DNA of 64,000 nt, taken from NCBI GenBank assembly GCA_945861765.1, contig CAMAWP010000003.1, positions 7,087 to 71,086 of the forward strand. Reading direction: 5' to 3'. The position numbers and the translations under genes are program-made. This stretch comes from Akkermansia muciniphila. Its GTDB lineage: Bacteria > Verrucomicrobiota > Verrucomicrobiia > Limisphaerales > SIBE01. This document shows positions 20,457 through 30,010 of the stretch, in pieces. Positions within the stretch are counted from its first letter, which is position 1. Each line of letters opens with the position of its first letter. The notes beneath the pieces were generated by a model. That model made no database searches. It saw nothing but the letters and a program-made list of their open reading frames with translations, and was not told the DNA's origin.

Positions 20457-21032
20457 TCAGCGTGTCGGCACTCTGGGCTTGGTTTTCTTCGGCGCTTGGC
20501 GTGTTCGCAGTTGTGTGTGAAAACCAATCTCTCGCCCTTTCTCGACTGGAGGAGCCAAAAGGCGCTCCAACGTTTCAAAGACTTGCCGGATTTCGACGTC
20601 GTGGCTGGCCACTGTCTTTTCGATGGCCGACAGTTTGCCCAGCAGTTCCTGCCTGTCGGCGACGAGTGCTCGCAGCCGGACAAAAGCCTCGATGAGATGA
20701 ATGCTCATGTGGATGGCGCGCGGGCTGTTCAAGATCGTAGCTGCCATCAGTGCGCCATGCTCGGTGAATGCAAAGGGTGTGACCGGCGAGAATTTGAGTT
20801 CTCGGAGGTGGTCACAGTTTGTGACCACCTCTTTCTTTTCAGTGACCGTCAACCGAAACATGAACCGTTGTGGAAAGCGCTCGCGGTTACGTTTGATGGC
20901 TTGGTTGAGAACCTTGGTCTTCACTCCGTAAAGCTCGGCCAGATCCAAATCCAAGATCACTTTCTGATCACGAATTAGATGAATGCGCCTTTCCAAATTG
21001 TCCGGGATGACAACCAGCCTGGCCCTTGGCAT
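20457..21032 (-). CDS. ORF6N-domain DNA-binding protein
   Basis: [46 protein letters not shown]. Confidence 0.88.
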   Translation of the reverse strand: MPRARLVVIPDNLERRIHLIRDQKVILDLDLAELYGVKTKVLNQAIKRNRERFPQRFMFRLTVTEKKEVVTNCDHLRELKFSPVTPFAFTEHGALMAATILNSPRAIHMSIHLIEAFVRLRALVADRQELLGKLSAIEKTVASHDVEIRQVFETLERLLAPPVEKGREIGFHTQLRTRQAPKKTKPRVPTR

Positions 21033-21126
21033 GAGTCGGAGAATAGTTGCCGATCAGTTAAACTCAAGTTGGATGTTTGCAGGATCGTCAATCAGTCACG
21101 CAGTTGATTTCGAGGAGCAACACTCT

Positions 21127-22566
21127 ATGAACATCTCTGAACACCACTTCAATGAATACCGCAAAAAGATCAGCCGCCGGTGGTTCTTCAAGGAATGCGG
21201 CGTCGGGCTCGGCGCCGTTGCGCTCGGTTCGCTCCTGAACGAAACACTTTTCGCCACGGCCGCAAAGCCGTCGCTTGTCAACCCGCTTGCTCCCAAACAG
21301 CCACCTTTCAAGGCCAAGGCCAAGAACGTCATCTACCTTTTCATGGCGGGCGCGCCCAGCCACCTCGATCTCTTCGATTACAAACCCGAATTGGTGAAAT
21401 GGAATGGTAAGCTTCCCCCTTCCGATTTGGTGAAGGGTTATCGGGCTGCCTTTATCAATCCAAGTTCCAAGCTCCTCGGCCCAAAATTCAAATTTGCCAA
21501 GCACGGGCAATGTGGCGCGGAACTGTCCGAGTTACTACCGCACTTGGCAACCGTCGCGGACGACATCGCCATCGTGAAGTCGATGCACACGGACGCCTTT
21601 AACCATGCGCCCGGCCAGATTTTCATGAACACCGGCTCGGTGCAGTTCGGGCGTCCGAGCATGGGCGCGTGGGTCACTTACGGCCTCGGCAGTGAATCGC
21701 AGGATTTGCCGTCTTATGTTGTCTTCAGCTCCGGCAGCAAGGGCACCAGCGGCGGCGCGTCCAATTGGGGTTGCGGTTTTCTCCCATCGCTCTATCAGGG
21801 CGTCCTGTTTCGCAGCCAAGGCGAGCCGATTCTTTATCTTTCAAACCCGAAGGGCGTGGACACCGAGATCCAGCGAGATTCGCTCGATACAATCAGGCGA
21901 CTCAACGAGAAGCGGCTGGACGTGGTCGGCGACCCTGAAATCGCCACGCGCATCAATTCGTTCGAGATGGCTTACCGAATGCAAACCAGTGCGCCTGAAC
22001 TGATGGACATCGCGAAGGAGCCGAAGGAAATTCTGGAAATGTACGGCGCGGAACCTGGCAAATCTTCTTTCGCAAATAATTGCCTTCTGGCCCGCCGTCT
22101 CGTCGAGCGCGGTGTGCGCTTCGTTCAACTTTTCCATGAAGCATGGGATCAGCACGGCAACTTGACCAAGGATCTTCGGAAAAACTGCCAGGACACCGAT
22201 AGGCCCTGCGCAGCGTTGGTCAGAGATCTCAAGCAGCGTGGCTTGCTCAAAGACACGATCGTGATCTGGGGCGGTGAGTTCGGCCGCACACCGATGGTTC
22301 AAGGCGGAGACGATGGCCGCGATCACCATCCCAATGCGTTCAGCATGTGGATGGCGGGCGGTGGTGTGAAGCCAGGCGTCTCGGTGGGTGAGACCGACCA
22401 GTTCGGATTTAACGCCGTGCGCGACAAAGTCCACGTCCACGATCTCCACGCGACGCTGCTCCACTTGCTCGGCTTCGATCACACGAAACTCACATATCGG
22501 TTTCAAGGCCGTGACTTCCGGTTGACTGACGTGCATGGAGAACTCGTGGAGAAGCTGCTGGCCTAA
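21127..22566 (+). CDS. DUF1501 family protein
   Basis: Tat-like [57 protein letters not shown]. Confidence 0.93.
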   Translation: MNISEHHFNEYRKKISRRWFFKECGVGLGAVALGSLLNETLFATAAKPSLVNPLAPKQPPFKAKAKNVIYLFMAGAPSHLDLFDYKPELVKWNGKLPPSDLVKGYRAAFINPSSKLLGPKFKFAKHGQCGAELSELLPHLATVADDIAIVKSMHTDAFNHAPGQIFMNTGSVQFGRPSMGAWVTYGLGSESQDLPSYVVFSSGSKGTSGGASNWGCGFLPSLYQGVLFRSQGEPILYLSNPKGVDTEIQRDSLDTIRRLNEKRLDVVGDPEIATRINSFEMAYRMQTSAPELMDIAKEPKEILEMYGAEPGKSSFANNCLLARRLVERGVRFVQLFHEAWDQHGNLTKDLRKNCQDTDRPCAALVRDLKQRGLLKDTIVIWGGEFGRTPMVQGGDDGRDHHPNAFSMWMAGGGVKPGVSVGETDQFGFNAVRDKVHVHDLHATLLHLLGFDHTKLTYRFQGRDFRLTDVHGELVEKLLA

Positions 22567-22707
22567 AGCCGAAAGCATCTCGACAGTATGCCCTGTGCGC
22601 CGAATTCCTCGATAGCACTGGTAAATTGCTGGGGCTTGTGTAAAGGTTCGGCACGCCGGAATGAACTCGTTAATTTCTAAAACCTAATAACTGATACAAT
22701 ATTTGTT

Positions 22708-23028
22708 ATGGCTCATGTCGTTACCACCAAATGTCTAGGCTGCAAATTTACTGATTGCGTCGAGGTCTGCCCCGTTGCCTGCTTCTACGAGTTGGACGGT
22801 CAGCTCATAATTCATCCGGATGAATGCATCGACTGCACCGCTTGCGTGGCTGAATGCCCGGTTGAAGCCATCTATGTCGATCACGCGGTTCCCGAAGAAT
22901 TCAATGCGAGCACCGAGTTCAACGCGACTGAAAGCCTGAGGGTGAAAGCGGCGGGCCAGGAAGCGATCACCTCCAAGAAAGAGCCGCTGCCGACCGCTCA
23001 ACAAAGAAAAGCAGAACTGGGCTACTAA
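22708..23028 (+). CDS. fdxA: 7Fe (FdxA-type) ferredoxin
   Basis: [18 protein letters not shown] and [17 protein letters not shown]. Confidence 0.9.
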   Translation: MAHVVTTKCLGCKFTDCVEVCPVACFYELDGQLIIHPDECIDCTACVAECPVEAIYVDHAVPEEFNASTEFNATESLRVKAAGQEAITSKKEPLPTAQQRKAELGY

Positions 23029-23188
23029 TTCCAATTTGCTTTCAAGTTGAGAGTAATTCGCTGGTCTGCCGGGCGTCTGGCTTCGTTGCTTGTCAGTCAC
23101 AGATCACGGTGGATTTGCTCCTTCCTCGCGCCTCGCCAGCCGCCCGGCATCCGGCGCGCCTTAACCTCAACTTGAAAGCAACTTGGAA
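23029..23188. repeat. Long nested inverted repeat (rod-like hairpin; ncRNA or MITE-like)
   Basis: 23029-23051 vs 23166-23188 (22/23 complementary); 23067-23081 vs 23135-23149 (14/15). Confidence 0.75.
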
Positions 23189-23500
23189 TAAGTTGACCGT
23201 TTCACACCTGGTAACGAAGCAAGTCGTTTGCGCTACGCAGCACAGCCTTTCGGAAGCCTCCGGTTTTCCGGGCTGACCACTCCGAAGCTTCAGATCGCAG
23301 GGGTGGCTCTTTAGCTTATGGCCTTCGATTCAGCTCGTGAGCCGAGGGTGCTTCCGCCGACCCGGACCCGACCCGGAGCTGTCCGTCCGCCAGGCTGAGA
23401 TGACGCTGGGTCGCTCCTGCCAGCGCTGGGTTGCGGGCGACGTTGGGAATCATCGAGGTTTGCCTTGGTGTCCCGGTTCTGCCAAGAAAGACGGTGCTGC

Positions 23501-26032
23501 ATGACAAATTCACATTCAGGCTCCGCTGCTGCCAGCGAGTCTCGCGTACTGACCCGGACTTCGTTGAGGAGGCTATTCGTCCTATTCTTCTCCTCCGGTG
23601 CGTTGGCATTGATCTACGAGGTAATTTGGCAAAGGCAATTCGCGTTGGTGCTGGGCGGCGCCGCACCCGCCGCAGCGGCGGTGCTGGCGGCCTATTTCGC
23701 CGGTTTGGGCCTGGGTAGCTTCGCATTGGGCGCGGCTGCGGCAAGATGGCCTCGCCCACTCCGAGCCTATGCCGCTTTGGAGGCTTTGATCGCGGTGGGT
23801 GCGCTGCTAGTGGCACCGCTCCTGAGCGGATTGGAACGACTCCACCCGTGGTTGTTCGAGCGGCTGAGTCAGCATCCGAGCCTGTTCTGTCTGGCCAAGG
23901 CCTTGCTGGCGTTTTTTCCGCTCGCGATGCCCACCTTTTGCATGGGTGGAACGTTGCCGGTGCTGGGCCGCCTTGTTGATGCCGGCCAACGCAGGCTTGG
24001 ATGCAACGCCGGCTTGCTTTACGTCGCCAACACAGCTGGAGCAGCCGCTGGAGCGCTGTGCGTGCCGTTTTTCCTGCTGCCGGTTTTCGGGGTGACGGGC
24101 AGCACATGGCTCTGCGCGACTGGCAATCTGTTCGTAGCGCTGGCTGCTTGGCAAATGGATACTCATCTGGCGCGCGACGCCAACCCGCAGCCTCAAGCCT
24201 TAAGAACACACGATGAAAAGAACAGGCTGTCATGGAAGAGTCCGGTCCTGGTATTGGCTTTGTTATCCGGCCTGGTCACTTTCATCCTGCAAGTGTTGTG
24301 GAACCGCGCCTTTGCTCAGGTTCACGAGAATTCGGTATATTCGTTTGCGGTCCTTGTATCCATTTTGATACTTGCTCTGGCGTTCGGGGCGCACTTGGCG
24401 CGCGTGGGATTGAAGCGAAGACTGGCACCGCATAAACTGATTGGCTGGGCCTGGGTACTCGGAGGAGCTGCTGTAATGGTCACTCCTTGGCTTTTTCTTC
24501 GACTAACCGATGGGCTGCGTTATCTGCCCTCGGATGGAGGCTGGAGCCGCTACGCTCTTCGAATTGTTGAAGTGGCGATGGCCGTGCTCCTGCTCCCTGT
24601 GATGTTCCTAGGAGTTGGTTTGCCGGTGATCATGGAACAGGCAGGTCAACAACAACGCGCCGACTCCAGCGTGATTCTTGGGCGGGTGCTCTCCGCAAAC
24701 ATCATCGGTTCCGTGATTGGCGCTTTGGCAGCCGGTTTTCTGTTGCCCCGTTGGATCGGGGTTTGGAGCAGTGTGCTGCTAACGGCCGCCCTGCTTGTCA
24801 CTGCCGGGAGCTGGCAGCTTGTTTCAATGATGAACCACACGGTGAAAGCACTTTTGCGATTGGCGCTTCTGGCGGGCTTTTGCGCGAGCCTCTGGCCCAT
24901 TTCAAAAGTTGAATGGCCTCGAGTGCGAGTTGCGGAATCGGAAGGGGAGCGATTGGTGGCTGTCTCCGAAGGGACCTACGGCATCGTGGCTGTGGTCGAG
25001 CGCGCGAATTCACGGCGCCTAAAATTGAACAACTATTACGTCTTGGGCGGGACTGCCTCATCCGGAGATGAACGAATGCAGGCCCATGTGCCTCTCCTGC
25101 TGCATCCCTCGCCTCGAAGCGTAGCGGTCCTCGGCTTAGGCACGGGCATAACGGCGAGCGGAGCGTTGTTTCATCCCGTCGATCAAATCACAGCCGTGGA
25201 ACTCGTCCCAGAGGTCGTCACCGCAGCTAGAGACCATTTCGCCGAGGCTAACGGCGCAGTGCTCGATAACAGAAAAACTCGAGTCGTTGCCGAAGACGCT
25301 CGGAGCTATTTGCGTGGAACGTCGGCGCGATTCGATGTGATTATCGGTGATCTCGTCGTGCCCTGGCGTCAGGGCGAGGGGGCATTGCTCACACTCGAAC
25401 ACTTCTCCGCGGCTCGGCAGGCATTGGCTCCGGGAGGCTTGTTTTGCCAATGGCTGCCCCTGTTTCAACTTTCGGAACCCGAGGTGCAGATACTCCTTCG
25501 AACTTTTCTGTCGATCTTTCCTCGCGCTTTCGTTTGGCGCGGCGACTTTTCGCCGAACCAGCCCACCATCGCTCTGATTGGAAGCCTTGAGCCGTTCGAA
25601 CTCAAACCGTCCGACATTGAACGTCGCATTCGCGAACTGAGGCTGGATCCGCTCAATCCTCAGCTAGCGGAGACGCCAGCCTTCTGGATGCATTTCATCG
25701 GCGTCATTCACGCGCAGGATTTAGCCTCGAACGAAAATCGGATTAACCGGGAGGATCGCCCGTGGATTGAGTTGCTTGGTCCGATGCGGCACGGACGAGA
25801 ATCTTTGTGTATTGGGCGGCGATTTCAGGCCTGGCTCAGCGAGTTGAAGCAGCAAACACGAGGCCGTTCTCCCAATTTGAACGCGACGGAAGCCGCGGGT
25901 TTCGAAGCGGGCGATCTCATGCTGGAATTCACACTGTTATTATCCGAAGAAAATCAGACAACTGCCAACGAGGTTCAAGCACACTTACGAAGCCTTCTCC
26001 CCGTGCAGGCATTCAAGAAGATCTTTCCGTAG
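23501..26032 (+). CDS. Fused multi-TM (MFS-like)/spermidine synthase-like SAM-dependent protein
   Basis: SGALALIYEVIW, LYVANTAGAAAG TM repeats; VLGLGTGITA, AVELVPEV, EDARSYL, FDVIIGD, GGLFCQWLP. Confidence 0.9.
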   Translation: MTNSHSGSAAASESRVLTRTSLRRLFVLFFSSGALALIYEVIWQRQFALVLGGAAPAAAAVLAAYFAGLGLGSFALGAAAARWPRPLRAYAALEALIAVGALLVAPLLSGLERLHPWLFERLSQHPSLFCLAKALLAFFPLAMPTFCMGGTLPVLGRLVDAGQRRLGCNAGLLYVANTAGAAAGALCVPFFLLPVFGVTGSTWLCATGNLFVALAAWQMDTHLARDANPQPQALRTHDEKNRLSWKSPVLVLALLSGLVTFILQVLWNRAFAQVHENSVYSFAVLVSILILALAFGAHLARVGLKRRLAPHKLIGWAWVLGGAAVMVTPWLFLRLTDGLRYLPSDGGWSRYALRIVEVAMAVLLLPVMFLGVGLPVIMEQAGQQQRADSSVILGRVLSANIIGSVIGALAAGFLLPRWIGVWSSVLLTAALLVTAGSWQLVSMMNHTVKALLRLALLAGFCASLWPISKVEWPRVRVAESEGERLVAVSEGTYGIVAVVERANSRRLKLNNYYVLGGTASSGDERMQAHVPLLLHPSPRSVAVLGLGTGITASGALFHPVDQITAVELVPEVVTAARDHFAEANGAVLDNRKTRVVAEDARSYLRGTSARFDVIIGDLVVPWRQGEGALLTLEHFSAARQALAPGGLFCQWLPLFQLSEPEVQILLRTFLSIFPRAFVWRGDFSPNQPTIALIGSLEPFELKPSDIERRIRELRLDPLNPQLAETPAFWMHFIGVIHAQDLASNENRINREDRPWIELLGPMRHGRESLCIGRRFQAWLSELKQQTRGRSPNLNATEAAGFEAGDLMLEFTLLLSEENQTTANEVQAHLRSLLPVQAFKKIFP

Positions 26033-26277
26033 GCACCTTGAGAGGCGTGCGCCCGTGCTGCGTCGATGCGTTGGGTCGCGCAACGCCAATTTTGGAGTAA
26101 GAATGGACAGAATTCAAACGCTGCTTTCGGCATCTTCTTTCCAGTTAGGATTCGGTAATGAAACGCCGGGTTGAATACGTTTCGCTTCGTAAACTTGTCT
26201 GTTCACCCACAAAAAACACCATGTCGCCCCTTGCCTGTTTACGATCATGCTCTTTCTTGGCAAGGATACGGCTGAAA

Positions 26278-27459
26278 ATGACTACCAACCAAACCATCCC
26301 TTCCGTTTTTATGCGGCTCGCACGCGCGCTCTTGACTGTCAGTGTTTTGATCGGCGTCGTCGGATTCAAATCCGCTGCCCTCGGACAGGGCTGAGTGGTC
26401 GCACGCATAAGCTCGCCCAGTTTGGGTGCAGCCTCGTATCAAGAAAAGGGAGCGTGGACCGCCGCGGTGAGCCACCGTTGGCAATACTCGGACAAACATT
26501 TTGTCGGGGATGTCGAGCAGGTCTATCGCGAGAAAGAAGGGAGCCAGGTGATCAACGACATGAACGTTATTGATCTCTCCGTAAGCTATGCGGTGACCAA
26601 ACGCATCAACCTAACCCTCGCCGTCCCCTTTCAGTTCGCGACGCGCTCGCAGACGATTCGGGACACCAGGAGAGTGCCGGGGACAGGAGCGAGCGGTCCA
26701 TTCCTAAATCCCAGTCCGTTTCCCGGCCCAGACGGTCGAGTCAACGGCGCGGTTTTTGATCGCTTTGAAACCTCTGCGGGCGGTTTAAGTGACATCAAAT
26801 TGCTGGCCACGAGTTGGTTGTTTGATCCCGAGACACACAAGAATCAGAACATTTCGGTGGGATTAGGGATGCTGTTCCCCACCGGCGAAAAGGATCACAA
26901 GGGTGTCTTTGAGCAGTTTAATACCAATTCACCGGGCTTTATTGCCACGACGGAACAAAATGTGGACAATTCGATTCAACCAGGCTCCGGCGCTTGGGGC
27001 ATCATATTCGACGTCTCCGCCTTCAAGGAGATATTCAAGAATTTCAATCTTTTCGCGGCGGGCACTTACGTCGCCACTCCCGAGAGGGACGCTGGCGTGA
27101 TATCAGGAAGCCTAACCGCCGCCAATCCCACGATTTGGTCTGTTAACGATTCCTATCTCGCCCGGGCAGGATTTGGCTATGCGTTTTTGCCGAAATATGG
27201 ACTTACATTTACGTTGAGCGGGCGCTTGGAAGGTGCCCCGGTCCACGACCTCATCGGCAGCAGTGAAGGCCGACGACGACCTGGTTATGCCGTATCCATC
27301 GAGCCTGGAATAGTGTTTACCAAGAATCGTTGGTTCGCCTCCTTCAGCACTCCCGTAGCGCTGTATCGCAACCGGACACAAAGTGCTGTGGAGACCACTG
27401 GCGGGGACGCGGCATTTGCGGATTTCATGACTTTATTCAGCGCCGGGCGCAGTTTTTAG
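26278..27459 (+). CDS. Outer-membrane beta-barrel 'transporter' family protein with in-frame TGA (26392-26394), candidate selenoprotein
   Basis: Signal-peptide ORF (..SAALG-QG) and barrel ORF are in one frame separated only by TGA; barrel motifs NSIQPGSG, RLEGAPVHDLIG, RRPGYAVSIEPG, GDAAFADF, terminal Phe; start could be 26278 or 26311. Confidence 0.75.
26411..26432 (+). promoter_or_regulatory. Putative bacterial SECIS hairpin
   Basis: GCT-CGCCCA-GTT-TGGGTG-C-AGC; G-initiated apical loop begins 26 nt after the UGA. Confidence 0.55.
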
Positions 27460-27465
27460 CCAAGG

Positions 27466-28905
27466 CTAAGGTTTGACCGTGCTTCGGTTTCCACCCGGTT
27501 TTACGGCGAGTCCTTCACGGATGGCAGTTTCGACTTGCGCCGGAGGTTTTCCAGAGGCGCGATACGCTGCGGCTGTTCCGCTCACGTAGGCCGTCGATGC
27601 AGAAGTGCCACTAATGAGGTAGGATTGACCGTTGTATTGCACGACGCTGAGTCCGGGCGCGATGACATCCACGAAGCTGCCGCGGTTCGCATAGGGAGCC
27701 AGATTTCCCTTTTTATCGCCAGCTGTAACCGCCACCACTTCCGAATAAGCAGCCGGATAGATGGGCGCGGTTGAAGGTTCGTTGCCGGCGGCACCGAAGA
27801 AAAGCACTCCCGATTTGTAGGATTCCTGAATGAGATTAGACAAGAGTTTGCTCTCTCCCGCGCCTCCCATGCTCAAGTTGATAATCGTGGCTCCCGCATT
27901 GATCGCGGTGTAAATGCCTTTGGCGACGTCAAAAGTCGTTGTCTCCGTACTGGTGCCATAGACATCCACAGGCAGAATTCGCACGGTCGAACCGCCATTT
28001 TCTTGCGTGGCGAGCGAGAGGCCCTGGAGAATTGTTTCCGCCATTGAAGTTCCGTGGCTGAGTTGACCATCCATCTTAGGCGACTCACCAGCCACAGCAA
28101 TGGACGGGAGGAGAAACTCGTTCATGCCAGGGGCGAGCGGCTGCACGGGCATATCGATCAATCCGACAATTACTTTGCTGGCATCGGTGCTCACCTTTGG
28201 TTTCAGGGAGAAGGGAGGAGGAGGACTGCTGAGCTGCAGTTTTTCAGTCCGCGTTGGAGAACCAACAGAATAGTTGGAATCGACATCGATAGAGTTTTTT
28301 TCCGTCGCCAAGGTTTCGCGGGCGGCATCAGCATCGGCTTCGTCCTTGAACTGTAGGCGATAACTATGCAGATCTTCGGCGCTCCCGATGACTTTGGCAC
28401 CGAGTCGTCGCGCCAAGGCTTCGATACTTTCCTTTGATCCTGGTTTGAGAGTCACGATCAGTTCGTTGGGTATGGCTTTGTTGGCTGTCGATTTGCCTTT
28501 TGGTTCTTGAGCGACCGGGATCAGTTGGGTCGCCTCTTGCAACGAAGTGCGATAAATGAAGAGTTTCGCCGGAGCATTTGTTTGAGTGAGCAACGCGAAA
28601 TTCACGTCTCCAAGCAATCGGCGAAGGGCTTCGCTGGGTGAAAGATTTTTAAACTTAACGGAAACCACCCGGTCGGTCTCAGGCTCCAGATAAATTTCCC
28701 AACCTGTAGCAGCCGAAATCTTGCTCAGGACAGTCTTCAAGTCCCAAGATTCGATCTGGGCATCAACTTTACTTTGTTTTGCTTTCCAGACCAGCGAGTC
28801 AGCGTTCACCCATCCTGACATCGGCCCGCAAATCAAAAACGACCCTAACCCTAAGCCGAAGATTCCCAGTCGATTTCGCCATCGCGCTCTCATTGTGCTC
28901 AACAC
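27466..28905 (-). CDS. S8 (subtilase) serine peptidase with N-terminal STN/secretin-N-like domain
   Basis: GLID, HGTSMA, INLSMG, AAGNE, SGTSAS motifs; signal peptide. Confidence 0.88.
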   Translation of the reverse strand: MLSTMRARWRNRLGIFGLGLGSFLICGPMSGWVNADSLVWKAKQSKVDAQIESWDLKTVLSKISAATGWEIYLEPETDRVVSVKFKNLSPSEALRRLLGDVNFALLTQTNAPAKLFIYRTSLQEATQLIPVAQEPKGKSTANKAIPNELIVTLKPGSKESIEALARRLGAKVIGSAEDLHSYRLQFKDEADADAARETLATEKNSIDVDSNYSVGSPTRTEKLQLSSPPPPFSLKPKVSTDASKVIVGLIDMPVQPLAPGMNEFLLPSIAVAGESPKMDGQLSHGTSMAETILQGLSLATQENGGSTVRILPVDVYGTSTETTTFDVAKGIYTAINAGATIINLSMGGAGESKLLSNLIQESYKSGVLFFGAAGNEPSTAPIYPAAYSEVVAVTAGDKKGNLAPYANRGSFVDVIAPGLSVVQYNGQSYLISGTSASTAYVSGTAAAYRASGKPPAQVETAIREGLAVKPGGNRSTVKP

Positions 28906-29055
28906 TAGGATAGAACCCTGGTACGGTCAAAACGTTGTGGTACAATTCCAAGTAATAAATCCACGGCGGAAAAAACAGTGGTTTGGTTGGAAGTGACTCC
29001 GAGTTTCAGCTTGCGATAAGGCAAGCCAATTTGTTACAACCACTCGCAAACACTT

Positions 29056-29811
29056 ATGGCAGCAATCGGTCGATTTCAAAAGGGCGACGAAATATTTCAC
29101 GCAAAAGTTGTGGATGGTGAGCTTTTTCGGTTGCAGGGCGATGTCTTTGGATCACCTTCTTACGAGAAGAAACCCATTCCACTCAAAGGGGTTAAGACCC
29201 TCATCCCGGTGACGCCTTCCAAGGTGATCGCCGTGGGACTGAACTATGCCGATCATGCCCGCGAGTCAGGCAAACCGCTTCCCAAGGAGCCACTTTTCTG
29301 GCTCAAAGCTCCGACATCTCTGATTCCAGATGGTGGAAAAATCGATATTCCTTTTCTGTCGCATCGGACAGATTATGAGGCGGAACTGGCGATTGTGATA
29401 GGGCGCCGGATGCGAAATGTGACGTCAGCAGCGGCGGCTCGTTACATCTTTGGATATACGGCTGCGGAGGATATCAGCGACCGGACCATTCAGAACTCGG
29501 AAAGCCAATTTGCTCGGTGCAAGTCTTTTGACACGTTCACTCCGCTGGGACCGTACGTGGAGACGAAGATAGATCCGCATGATTTAACGATTCAGTTATT
29601 TCAGAATGGCCAGCTTCGGCAGAATTCGAATACCAGCCAGCTCATTTTCAATTGCTTCCAATTAGTGAGCTTTATTTCCGTGAACATGACGCTGTTGCCT
29701 GGGGATATCATTCTCACCGGAACGCCCAGCGGGGTAGGACCAATCGAACCGGGAGACCGGCTTGAAGTTCGGATTCAAGGTTTGTCACCTCTGGTGAATA
29801 CCGTGAAATGA
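29056..29811 (+). CDS. Fumarylacetoacetate hydrolase family protein
   Basis: AVGLNYADHARE, DYEAEL, KSFDTFTPLGP, GDIILTGTPSGVG. Confidence 0.93.
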   Translation: MAAIGRFQKGDEIFHAKVVDGELFRLQGDVFGSPSYEKKPIPLKGVKTLIPVTPSKVIAVGLNYADHARESGKPLPKEPLFWLKAPTSLIPDGGKIDIPFLSHRTDYEAELAIVIGRRMRNVTSAAAARYIFGYTAAEDISDRTIQNSESQFARCKSFDTFTPLGPYVETKIDPHDLTIQLFQNGQLRQNSNTSQLIFNCFQLVSFISVNMTLLPGDIILTGTPSGVGPIEPGDRLEVRIQGLSPLVNTVK

Positions 29812-30010
29812 CCAGAGCGGGCTCATTGCGAACGCCGAACTAGTTTCCTGTAGCCCAAGACCAAATGCTTCTCAGGCAACGCCGTCGTTCATAAGTTTGC
29901 CACGCTGGTTTCTCCATGTCCAGGATTGCTAACTCAAATCGCGACGCCCAAATAATCAACCCGGTGCTCGCGCCTATTACTCACTTCAAATTCATCCCAT
30001 AAAGTCTCCC

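Noticed and set aside
23252-23359. Functional tRNA-Sec (selC)
   Set aside because: T stem and anticodon stem do not pair and no CCA; kept only as a low-confidence remnant finding
26395-27459. Barrel gene starting at GTG 26395 as a standalone CDS
   Set aside because: Would lack a signal peptide, while a good one is encoded in frame just upstream of the TGA
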